From positions 1 to 14,591 of the forward strand of contig JAZDDZ010000046.1 in the NCBI GenBank assembly GCA_043809245.1: DNA of 14,591 nucleotides. Direction: 5' to 3'. A program made the translations under genes and the position numbers. Below are positions 6,047 to 13,461 of this stretch, piece after piece. This DNA is from Candidatus Iainarchaeum sp. (GTDB taxonomy: Archaea > Iainarchaeota > Iainarchaeia > Iainarchaeales > JAZDDZ01). How positions within the stretch are numbered: the first letter of the stretch is position 1; each line of letters starts with the position of its first letter. The notes under the pieces are model-generated. The model searched no databases, had not been told where the DNA came from, and saw nothing but the letters and a program-made list of their open reading frames with translations.

Positions 6047-8620
6047 TTGGCTTTGAAGGCATGGTTTTTGGCTTTATGCGCTGCAATGCTTTTGCTCGCG
6101 GTTTCCGTTAACGCAGCGGAATTCACGGGCGGATGCTCTTTTTCAGGAGTGCAGTGCGATTTAATGGTAAAAGAGCTCATGCTCTGCAACAACTCCGCTT
6201 CAGATAAAACTTTTTTTGTTTCAAGCTCCGGCGACAAGGCAAGCTGGCTTAACGTTGTCCCTGAAAGCGTTTCACTTGTTGCAGGAGAATGCAAGCCGGT
6301 TAACGTCGCGTACATTGCCCCCTGTTACCAGGCGCCTGGCAATTACTCAGCGGAAGTGACCGCAAAGGCAGGCACTGACACTGCAGCACAGGCATGCATT
6401 CTTGAAGTGAAGCAGGGAAACGAGGCAATGGTTTCAGTTTCTCCAGGGGCACAGAGCGCAACTCAATGCGAAAACAAGGCTTATGCGATTGACGTTTCAA
6501 ACAATTCAACTGTTCCAAACCAAAACGAGCAAATAATTTACCTGAATGTTTCGGGAATTCCCGCTGAATGGTTCAGGCTGGCAAAGGAAAGCATTGTTGT
6601 CGGAAAAGGCGCAACTGAATCAGTTGACTTAAATGTAATGCCTCCTTGCACAGCGGCTTTGGGAAAATACGATTTCAAGGTAACGGCTTCGCTTTTCAAC
6701 AAGGACTTCAAAAGCGATGCAACAGCATCCTATGAAATAACGCAGGGGCAGGCAGTGGAGTTAAGCGCTCCGGAAAAACTGGGCAAATGCATGGAGGAAA
6801 CCGAGGCAAAAAAAATCACGGTAAAAAATACAGGAAAGCTTGCGGACGAATTCACGCTCTCAGTTGACGGCCCGGAATGGGTTAAGCTCGCAGAGAACAC
6901 TGTTTCGCTCGCGGCAGGCGCTTCCAGCGACTTGGACTTGATTCTTGAAAAAAGCGAAAGGCAGGGCTCTTTTAAAGTGGAAATAACCGCTGAATCAAAA
7001 AAATTCGGGGTAAAGGAAAGCGCGGAATTCAGCGTTGTTTCGGAGAACTGCTTTGAATTGTCTTTGGAAAAGGTTTCCGGCGATGAAAGCGTGTGCGCAG
7101 AGGAAACCCCTGAAATGGAGTTCACTGCAAAAAACAAGGGCTCAAGGGACTTCAATGGGGAGATCAGCTTCAGGGGCTTCAATTCTCTGCCGCAAACTGT
7201 TAAAGTTTATTTAAGGCCGGAGGAATCGCAGAGCATAAAGCTGCAGTTGGATGTTTCAGGAATCATTGACGCTAACTCAGGTGGAAAAAAGGCAAAGCCA
7301 GTGAAAAAAGACCTCATCGCATCAGTTTCATCTGAATTCTTTTACTTAGACGAAAAATTCCCAATAACCGTGAACGACTGCTATAATTTGTCTGCGGAAA
7401 AAACAAAGGCGGCTTTGTGCGCAAAAACCGGCTCGGAAATTTCACTCACAGTAAACAATTTGGGCTCAAAGGACAGGGCGCTTGAAGTAAACGTTTTTCC
7501 GGGGTGGATTAGCGCGGAAAAAGAGTTAACAGTTAAGGCAAATTCAAGCGCAAAGCTTTTATTGAAAGCAATTGTTCCTGAAAACGCCCCTGAAAAAGAG
7601 GCAGTTGTCTCGTTAAAGGACAGGTTTGTTTCAATGGAGGAAAAAATCCCCATCGAATACCTTGATGAACGCGAATGCTTTGGATTAGAGGCATCTGCTT
7701 CCGATAAAGAGGTTGACGCGGTTGTCGGCGAGGGAACAAAATTCACTTTAAGCGTTTCAAACAGGGGAATGGTTGCGCAAACAATTTCTTTAAGCGCTGA
7801 CAAGGAATGGGTTTACATTTTTCCGAAAACAATTGAGCTTGCGCGCAATGAAACGCAGGAAGTTTTCTTTCTCATCAGCCCGCCATTCGATGCAAGGGAG
7901 CAAAACCAGAAAGTTGTTTTTTCAATTGACTCAAATTATGGCTTCACAGCGGAAACCGAAATAACCGTTGGAATTTTCGGCGCAAGGCAAGGCATTGAGC
8001 CAGTGAAGCTTTCCATTGAGGCAGGCGAGGGAGGAAAAGCGGATGCGAACGCGATTGAAACCGCATTCACTCTTTCAAACAATGGCGCAAAGGCACTGCT
8101 TGTTTACTCAATTGAAGCGCTTGACTTTAACGCTGAAATAAAGACAAGCGATGGAAAAATTGACGTTAACTCCTCGATTAAAGGAATGCTTTCACTTAAT
8201 CTGCCGGTGGATTCAAACGCATTAAAGGACAAAAACTCGTTCACAGTTGTTTTGAAAATTGAAACAGACCAGGGAACCTTTGCAAGGGAACTGAACATTG
8301 ACCTTAAAGCAGTTGAAGCATCAGACCATAACGCGTCCGGCGGGGAAGGCGCTGCAGCAGCGGGCCTGATTGCCTTGCTTAACCCTTTGAACATTCTTTT
8401 AGCACTTGTTGTAATTGTTGCCGCAATTGCAATCATTGCCTTTTTCATGTATTCACGGCAGCCTGCATACCGTGAAGGAAAGCCTTCAATTGCTTTCGTT
8501 GAAGATGAAACCGCGCCAACAGCCCAGCAGCCAATAATTGAATTCGCTTCAGAGGAAAAGCCAAAGCCAAGGAAAAAAAGAAAGGCCGCAAAAAAAAGGC
8601 CCGGAAAAAAGAAAAAGTAA
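6047..8620 (+). CDS. Cell-surface protein (857 aa): tandem Cys-containing COG1470/NEW3-like Ig domains, C-terminal TM and Lys/Arg-rich cytoplasmic tail
   Basis: TTG start, signal peptide VNA-AE, repeats of (V/A)xNxG...W (VKNTGK..GPEW; VNNLGS..PGW; VSNRGM..KEW), TM ILLALVVIVAAIAIIAFFMY, tail KPKPRKKRKAAKKRPGKKKK. Confidence 0.9.
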   Translation: MALKAWFLALCAAMLLLAVSVNAAEFTGGCSFSGVQCDLMVKELMLCNNSASDKTFFVSSSGDKASWLNVVPESVSLVAGECKPVNVAYIAPCYQAPGNYSAEVTAKAGTDTAAQACILEVKQGNEAMVSVSPGAQSATQCENKAYAIDVSNNSTVPNQNEQIIYLNVSGIPAEWFRLAKESIVVGKGATESVDLNVMPPCTAALGKYDFKVTASLFNKDFKSDATASYEITQGQAVELSAPEKLGKCMEETEAKKITVKNTGKLADEFTLSVDGPEWVKLAENTVSLAAGASSDLDLILEKSERQGSFKVEITAESKKFGVKESAEFSVVSENCFELSLEKVSGDESVCAEETPEMEFTAKNKGSRDFNGEISFRGFNSLPQTVKVYLRPEESQSIKLQLDVSGIIDANSGGKKAKPVKKDLIASVSSEFFYLDEKFPITVNDCYNLSAEKTKAALCAKTGSEISLTVNNLGSKDRALEVNVFPGWISAEKELTVKANSSAKLLLKAIVPENAPEKEAVVSLKDRFVSMEEKIPIEYLDERECFGLEASASDKEVDAVVGEGTKFTLSVSNRGMVAQTISLSADKEWVYIFPKTIELARNETQEVFFLISPPFDAREQNQKVVFSIDSNYGFTAETEITVGIFGARQGIEPVKLSIEAGEGGKADANAIETAFTLSNNGAKALLVYSIEALDFNAEIKTSDGKIDVNSSIKGMLSLNLPVDSNALKDKNSFTVVLKIETDQGTFARELNIDLKAVEASDHNASGGEGAAAAGLIALLNPLNILLALVVIVAAIAIIAFFMYSRQPAYREGKPSIAFVEDETAPTAQQPIIEFASEEKPKPRKKRKAAKKRPGKKKK

Positions 8621-8625
8621 AACTA

Positions 8626-8640
8626 TTTTTCCTTTTTTTT
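8626..8640 (+). terminator. Oligo-T archaeal-type terminator of the surface-protein cluster
   Basis: TTTTTCCTTTTTTTT just after the stop at 8620. Confidence 0.6.
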
Positions 8641-8670
8641 AAGTCACTTAACGAACCCAGTGCATTGCGT

Positions 8671-8686
8671 GAAAAGCTATTTAAAG
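8671..8686 (+). promoter_or_regulatory. BRE/TATA promoter upstream of the structured RNA candidate
   Basis: GAAAAGC followed by TATTTAAAG. The predicted start near 8706-8712 coincides with the beginning of the structured region. Confidence 0.55.
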
Positions 8687-8704
8687 ACATTGCTGCTATT
8701 TTCT

Positions 8705-8818
8705 AAAAGTATTGGGAGTTAAGGAGGCAAGTCACACCGTTCACCAAAGCAATTTGGGGTTTTTTTCTAGGAAAAAACTGCGGCTCCCTGGCTTGCCCTC
8801 CAACACTTTTCTGATTTT
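8705..8818 (+). ncRNA. Candidate structured non-coding RNA of unknown family
   Basis: Outer stem GGAGGCAAGUCA (8723-8734) / UGGCUUGCC-C-UCC (8789-8801). Inner CCGU/GCGG closes two hairpins: CCAAA-GCAA-UUUGG and GUUUUUUU-CUAG-GAAAAAAC. There is an upstream TATA box, downstream T tracts and no ORF. Confidence 0.55.
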
Positions 8819-8845
8819 AAAAAAAAAACCTTTTAAAACAAAAAA

Positions 8846-8860
8846 GGAAAAATTATTAAA
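8846..8860 (+). promoter_or_regulatory. BRE/TATA promoter for the 8884 gene (leaderless)
   Basis: GGAAAAA followed by TTATTAAA, ending 23 nt before the ATG at 8884. Confidence 0.5.
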
Positions 8861-8883
8861 GGTTAAATGGCTAATTGTAGGTT

Positions 8884-9195
8884 ATGGCTGAAATAACCGT
8901 GAGCTTCGGCGGCATAGTGAAGACCTCACTCGTCACCGCATTCACTATTGCGGTTGCGCTGATTTGGAAGGACTTTATTGTTGAAGTCATTGCCTTGCTT
9001 GTGCCGCCGGGGGAGGAAGTGCTTTACAAGTTCATTGCAGCAGTGCTTTCAACTGCAGCGGTAATAATCGCAATCTATCTTGTGCTTGAAACAGAATCTG
9101 AAGCGGAAACATTGGTGAAAAAAATCAGGACAAAGAAAAGCACGATAAAGGTGGACATAAGCCACAAAAATGAAACCAATGTGAAGCAGCCTTAA
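8884..9195 (+). CDS. DUF5654-like small two-TM membrane protein
   Basis: LVTAFTIAVALIWKDFI...LYKFIAAVLST resembles the DUF5654 pattern (L..AF....AL.W.D.I). Recognised from memory, not from a search. Confidence 0.75.
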   Translation: MAEITVSFGGIVKTSLVTAFTIAVALIWKDFIVEVIALLVPPGEEVLYKFIAAVLSTAAVIIAIYLVLETESEAETLVKKIRTKKSTIKVDISHKNETNVKQP

Positions 9196-9200
9196 AAAAA

Positions 9201-9578
9201 TTAAGGGGCATTGGCTGCATTGAGTTTCCTGAAAGCACTTTCAACAATCTGGTGGTTCACGTAAGGCCTGTGGTGCCTGAAGCCTCCTCCGAAGTTATGC
9301 GGGATGTGCAAGAGTTCGTGAATCAGTGTTTTCGTTTTTTCCTCTTCGCTTTGCCTGTCAAATTTTTCCGAAAGCAATTCAATGACGTAAAACGGCTTTG
9401 AATTTAATGCGAGTTGCAGCACTTTGGGGAAAGCGTGGATTCGCGCAACAGTCCTCCTTGTCTTTGAGCCGTGCGAGCGAATGCATTTCACGCGGTCAAC
9501 GTCAACGTGCTGCATTCCAAGCGCCAGGGCAATGCGCCTGATTTCCCCGTCAAGTTCCGGTGCAAGGGAGTACTTCAT
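9201..9578 (-). CDS. Putative zinc metallopeptidase (COG4900 / putative phage metallopeptidase-like)
   Basis: HExxH motif in TLIHELLHIP...GGGFRHH, plus RSHGSK..RTVARIH and YVIELLSEKFD, typical of this small archaeal/CPR family. Confidence 0.85.
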   Translation of the reverse strand: MKYSLAPELDGEIRRIALALGMQHVDVDRVKCIRSHGSKTRRTVARIHAFPKVLQLALNSKPFYVIELLSEKFDRQSEEEKTKTLIHELLHIPHNFGGGFRHHRPYVNHQIVESAFRKLNAANAP

Positions 9579-9595
9579 GCAGAAATTGAAACTGA

Positions 9596-9613
9596 AAGGT
9601 GTTAAAAAACCTT
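9596..9613. promoter_or_regulatory. Probable bidirectional TATA element shared by two divergent leaderless genes
   Basis: AAGGT-GTTAAAAA-ACCTT is centred at 9604.5, exactly midway between the start codons at 9578 (-) and 9631 (+). Confidence 0.45.
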
Positions 9614-9630
9614 AACAAAAAAATTAATTA

Positions 9631-10233
9631 ATGGAAGCAAAGCCAATCCTCTGGTTCACAATCATCGCAAACCTTGCCGGCGCGTACTTCGGCTTCTTTG
9701 TGTACTATTCCACACAGCTTTTGTCCACTAATCCCTTGCTGTGGGTTTTTGTGGCAGACTCCCCTTTAAGCGTAACTGTGTTCGCAATCGCCTTGGTGCT
9801 GATTGCCTTCAACAAAAAAAGCGATTTCCTTAACTTTCTTGCAAGCGCTTTGGTGCTGAAATACGGCTTGTGGACAATTTTTGTAATAACCGCTTTCCCT
9901 GACATCTTTTTTTCGCCGCAGAGCCTCTGGCTTTACATTGCAATGTTAGTGCTTCACGCTGGAATGGTTTTGGAGGCATTCGCCTTGGCTGGAAAAACCA
10001 CGCTAAAAACCGCTACTTGGGTGATTGTTCTGGCTTGGCTGCTGTTGAATGACGTTTTAGACTATGGTTTTGGCTATTTTCCTTCATCCATAGCCCATAC
10101 AGGCCTCTCAATCGTTGCGCCAGTGAGCCTGTTGCTTTCCTTTGCCTGCATTCTGCTGCTTTTCGCTGCATTCAGGAAAAACAAGCCGAACGCGCTCTCA
10201 AAATTGCTGTTTTTTCCGGAAAAACTCACTTAA
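9631..10233 (+). CDS. DUF1405 (YpjA-like) integral membrane protein
   Basis: [33 protein letters not shown] and W...ND..DY motifs; about 7 TM. Confidence 0.85.
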   Translation: MEAKPILWFTIIANLAGAYFGFFVYYSTQLLSTNPLLWVFVADSPLSVTVFAIALVLIAFNKKSDFLNFLASALVLKYGLWTIFVITAFPDIFFSPQSLWLYIAMLVLHAGMVLEAFALAGKTTLKTATWVIVLAWLLLNDVLDYGFGYFPSSIAHTGLSIVAPVSLLLSFACILLLFAAFRKNKPNALSKLLFFPEKLT

Positions 10234-12481
10234 CCTTCGCCTTATACCCTTTCATCAGCAAAGAATTTGACACAACGAAAATGCTGCTGAAAGCCATTGC
10301 ACCGCCCGCAATCATGGGATTCAAAAGCAAGCCAAAAGAAGGGAAAAGGATTCCAGCCGCAATCGGAATCCCCGCGACATTGTAAATGAAAGCCCAGAAA
10401 AGATTCTGCTTTATTTTGTTGACAGTGTATCTGCTCAAATCAATCGCGGTTGCGACGTCACGCAAGTCATCCTTGATTAAAACAATGCTGCCGGTTTCAA
10501 GCGCTACATCTGTTCCGGAACCGATTGCAATGCCGACATCAGCCTGCGCCAAAGCAGGAGCGTCGTTTATTCCGTCTCCAACCATTGCAACCTTTTTTCC
10601 CTCAGCCTGAAGCGCCTTAATTTGCTTTTCTTTTTCTTCAGGAAGCACTTCAGCCAAAACCCTTTCAATGCCAAGCTGTTTTGCAATCGCATTGGCAGTT
10701 CGGGAATTGTCGCCGGTAAGCATCACTGTTTCCAAACCCATTTTCTGCAGCAATGCAATTGCCTCGCGGGAATGCTTTTTCGGCACGGCCTGCGCGGCAA
10801 TCATGCCGGAAGGCTTGCCCGCAAAGGAAACAAGCATCACTGTTTTTCCCGCATCCTCCAGGAAAACAATTTGCTTTTCAAAAGGATTGAAATCAATTTT
10901 TGACTCCAGCATTAATTTCCTGTTGCCCAAAAGAATCTTTCCGTTCTTCCACTCCGCTGTAATTCCTTTTCCGGGAATCGCGCTGAATTTTTTTGCATCC
11001 CCCGCATTAATGCCTTTTTCTCCGGCTGCCTTTACTATGGCTTCCCCAAGCGGGTGCTCAGAGCCTTTCTCGGCAACAGCAGCCAATTCAAGCAAATCCT
11101 TTTCTTTTCCTGAAAATGCGATAACATCCGTGACCTTTGGGGTTCCCTCAGTCAATGTGCCTGTTTTGTCCAAAACAATTGTGCTGACTTTGCGCGCGGT
11201 TTCAAGCGCTTCGCCGCCCTTGATGAGTATGCCGTTCTCAGCGCCTTTTCCCGTGCCAACCATTATCGCAGTGGGAGTTGCAAGCCCTAAAGCGCACGGG
11301 CACGCAATAATCATTACCGCAATGAAAATAGTGAGGGAAAAAACAAAGCCCTGCCCTGCAATGAAAAACCAGAAAAGGAATGAAAGGATTGCAATGCTTA
11401 TAACCGCGGGAACAAAAACGCTTGCAACCCTGTCAGCAAGCCTTTGAATTGGCGCCTTTGAGCCCTGCGCTTCCTCAACAAGGCGAATGATTTGCGCAAG
11501 CGTTGTGTCCTTGCCGACTTTTGTTGCCTTGAATTTCAGCAAGCCGTTCCTGTTTATTGTAGCGCCAATTACAATGCTTCCAGGGGTTTTTTCAACCGGA
11601 ATGCTTTCCCCTGAAATCATTGACTCGTCAACAGTTGAATGCCCTTCAACCACAACTCCGTCAACGGGAATTTTTTCACCGGGGCGGATTACAACAATGT
11701 CGCCGACAACAACCTCTTCAACATCAATTTCTACTTCCTTTCCATTCCTTACCACGCACGCTGTTTTTGGCTGCAGGCCAGCGAGCTTTTTTATTGCCTC
11801 CGAGGTTTTTCCCTTTGCAATCGCTTCAAGGTATCTGCCCAGAACAATAAGCGTTATGATAACCGCTGCAGTGTCATAGTAGGCGAAACCGCCTTGCGCT
11901 CCGAAAAAAGTCATTGCCGCGGAATAAAAAAACGCTGCGCTTGTGCCGACCGCAATCAAGGTGTCCATGTCAGCGCTCAGGTTTTTCAAAGCAACCCATG
12001 CGCCCCTGTAAAAGCGCAGGCCCACAAAGAATTGGACTGGAAGCGAGAGAAAAAACATCACGTAAAGGACAATTGATTCAGGCAAAAGCCTGCCGAAAAA
12101 ATCCGGAAAGGATAAAATGAAAATTATTGCGCTTAAAACAGCTGAAATGGACAAATCCCTTTTCAAAACGGAAATCTCTTTTTCTCTGGCTATCTTTTCC
12201 CTGTCGCTGAAGCCCATTTTCATGTGCCCGTGCCCTTCGTGCTGTGGCTTGGCTTCAGGCTCGGAAAGGCTGAAAGCCTTATAGCCTATTTTGTTCACCA
12301 ATCCGATTATTTTTTGCTCATCCAGCGAGCCGTCATGCTCGACTGTAATGCGCTCTGATGCAAAATTGACCGCGGCATTGTCCACTCCGCTTACTTTTTT
12401 GGCTGCCTTTTCAATTGTCAAAGCGCAGGCAGCGCAGTGCATGCCGGAAACGCCTAAAGTGATTTTCTTTTTTTCAGGCAT
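10226..12481 (-). CDS. copA: Copper-translocating P1B-type ATPase
   Basis: N-terminal HMA domain GMHCAAC, His/Met linker, SGES actuator loop, [27 protein letters not shown], and TM ligands YN and MAFSS (P1B-1, Cu+/Ag+). ATG at 12481 is preferred; TTG at 12490 is the alternative. Confidence 0.95.
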   Translation of the reverse strand: MPEKKKITLGVSGMHCAACALTIEKAAKKVSGVDNAAVNFASERITVEHDGSLDEQKIIGLVNKIGYKAFSLSEPEAKPQHEGHGHMKMGFSDREKIAREKEISVLKRDLSISAVLSAIIFILSFPDFFGRLLPESIVLYVMFFLSLPVQFFVGLRFYRGAWVALKNLSADMDTLIAVGTSAAFFYSAAMTFFGAQGGFAYYDTAAVIITLIVLGRYLEAIAKGKTSEAIKKLAGLQPKTACVVRNGKEVEIDVEEVVVGDIVVIRPGEKIPVDGVVVEGHSTVDESMISGESIPVEKTPGSIVIGATINRNGLLKFKATKVGKDTTLAQIIRLVEEAQGSKAPIQRLADRVASVFVPAVISIAILSFLFWFFIAGQGFVFSLTIFIAVMIIACPCALGLATPTAIMVGTGKGAENGILIKGGEALETARKVSTIVLDKTGTLTEGTPKVTDVIAFSGKEKDLLELAAVAEKGSEHPLGEAIVKAAGEKGINAGDAKKFSAIPGKGITAEWKNGKILLGNRKLMLESKIDFNPFEKQIVFLEDAGKTVMLVSFAGKPSGMIAAQAVPKKHSREAIALLQKMGLETVMLTGDNSRTANAIAKQLGIERVLAEVLPEEKEKQIKALQAEGKKVAMVGDGINDAPALAQADVGIAIGSGTDVALETGSIVLIKDDLRDVATAIDLSRYTVNKIKQNLFWAFIYNVAGIPIAAGILFPSFGLLLNPMIAGGAMAFSSIFVVSNSLLMKGYKAKVK

Positions 12482-12496
12482 AAGAATCAAAGATTG

Positions 12497-12526
12497 AAAA
12501 TAAAAAAAGGAAAAAGAAAGGAAAAG
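12497..12526 (-). terminator. Pyrimidine/oligo-T tract between the Cys peptide gene and copA (possible leaky terminator)
   Basis: Minus strand reads CTTTTCCTTTCTTTTTCCTTTTTTTATTTT directly after the TGA at 12527. Confidence 0.45.
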
Positions 12527-12604
12527 TCAGTCGCAGCAACAGCAGCAGCCGGCTTTCTCTTCCTTCAGCTCTTTTTTTGCGGATTTAATTTTTTTATCAG
12601 GCAT
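12527..12604 (-). CDS. Unannotated 25-aa peptide with a penta-cysteine C-terminus, MPDKKIKSAKKELKEEKAGCCCCCD
   Basis: ATG at 12604, TGA at 12527, perfect SD GGAGGT (12618-12613) 8 nt upstream. Lies directly upstream of copA on the same strand and is below the ORF-track size cut-off. Confidence 0.75.
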   Translation of the reverse strand: MPDKKIKSAKKELKEEKAGCCCCCD

Positions 12605-12619
12605 TTTTCAAGACCTCCG

Positions 12620-12668
12620 TGGAAAATTTTCCATATATGGATTTTTGGAGCCATTACCTTTTAAAAAA
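12620..12668 (-). promoter_or_regulatory. Probable internal promoter with overlapping palindromes near the start site
   Basis: TTTTTTAAAAG (12668-12658, minus strand) followed by perfect palindromes TCCATATATGGA (12630-12641) and TGGAAAATTTTCCA (12620-12633). Confidence 0.45.
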
Positions 12669-12691
12669 GTAAGCAAAAGGCCGCGGGGGCA

Positions 12692-13171
12692 TTACCAGCC
12701 GCCCATCATTCCGCAGCCGCGTGCAGAGGGTGTATTTTCCACGCCGCCATTGTTTGCATAGTATCCCTGCATCATGCCATTCACGCCCATCATTCCGTAA
12801 GGCGTGCTATAGCCGTATCCGTTCATCATGCCGCTATAGCCTGCGTATTCCGTGCTTGTGAAATTCCCGCAGTACATGTGCTCAGCCATGTTTATGTGCA
12901 TTGCATCATGCTCTGGTGTGCCTTCCTCAAAGCCCATCATTTGGTGCATTAACTCATGGGCTTCGCCTGGATGCATTTGCTCCATTAAGTATTCGCCGAT
13001 TGCCTCCAGTTGCCCATCGTTAAGGCTGCTGCAGCTTGCGCCTGAATCCACTAACTGTTTTCCCTCTGCTATTTCCTGGCTGATGCCGGTTTCAGTTGGC
13101 CCTGCAAAAATCAAGAGCGCACTGAAAAGCATTACAGCCAGAACCGTTGAACCCAATAACACTTTTTTCAT
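12692..13171 (-). CDS. Exported or membrane-anchored His/Met-rich hypothetical protein, putative metal binding
   Basis: N-terminal hydrophobic segment; MEQMHPGEAHELMHQMMG...HDAMHINMAEHMYCG; repeated GMM; ends GCGMMGGW. SD GGAGG spacing fits ATG 13171 better than 13177. Confidence 0.85.
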   Translation of the reverse strand: MKKVLLGSTVLAVMLFSALLIFAGPTETGISQEIAEGKQLVDSGASCSSLNDGQLEAIGEYLMEQMHPGEAHELMHQMMGFEEGTPEHDAMHINMAEHMYCGNFTSTEYAGYSGMMNGYGYSTPYGMMGVNGMMQGYYANNGGVENTPSARGCGMMGGW

Positions 13172-13199
13172 TTCCATTCCTCCATTAAAAACATCGTGT

Positions 13200-13460
13200 T
13201 CAACATCCCCCGACCTGCTGTGCGGGCGGAGCCGAAACAGTTGTGCTAACAGGTGCCTGTGGTGCTGAAATCGTTGAAGCCACGGAAGCCGTGGCAGAGG
13301 TTAAACCCGCTGTATTCTGCCCTGCAGCCGAGAAAAGCGCTGTCTCCTGCGCGCTAACCCTTTCATTCAGCGAGCCGAGTGAAAATGTTTGTATCAATGC
13401 AATGGCAAGCACTATTGCCAGCCCTGCCATTGCCAGTGTTTCGGTTTTTATTTCAACCAT
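13200..13460 (-). CDS. Small membrane-tethered protein ending in QVGGC
   Basis: N-terminal TM, Ala/Ser/Thr/Pro low-complexity stalk, C-terminal QQVGGC. SD GGAGGT lies 7 nt upstream, inside the previous gene's last codons. Confidence 0.8.
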   Translation of the reverse strand: MVEIKTETLAMAGLAIVLAIALIQTFSLGSLNERVSAQETALFSAAGQNTAGLTSATASVASTISAPQAPVSTTVSAPPAQQVGGC

Positions 13461-13461
13461 T

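Noticed and set aside
1295-8690. Numerous short minus-strand ORFs within the surface-protein genes
   Set aside because: Antisense shadows with Ser/Phe/Leu-rich composition and no independent signals.
8721-8745. AAGGAGG as a ribosome-binding site for a small ORF
   Set aside because: No start codon at a usable distance, and the sequence is part of the outer stem.
8714-8801. RNase P RNA, HDV-like ribozyme, H/ACA or tRNA identity for the structured RNA
   Set aside because: GGAGGCAAGUC only loosely resembles GAGGAAAGUCC and the ACAGAA region is missing. There is no P4/J4-2 segment for HDV, no K-turn for H/ACA, and no T-loop or anticodon arm.
9201-9578. HExxH peptidase as a BlaR1-like partner cleaving the BlaI-type regulator
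   Set aside because: It is a small soluble protein without TM or sensor domains, lies about 5 kb away and is in a separate transcription unit.
10386-12497. Several + strand ORFs, up to 259 aa, opposite copA
   Set aside because: Antisense shadows of a well-supported gene with no recognisable motifs.
13185-13205. TGT-TGA at the end of the 86-aa protein as a possible Cys-Sec (GCU) motif
   Set aside because: The sister protein ends GGC-TAA, read-through gives only TRCF-stop, and no SECIS was recognised.
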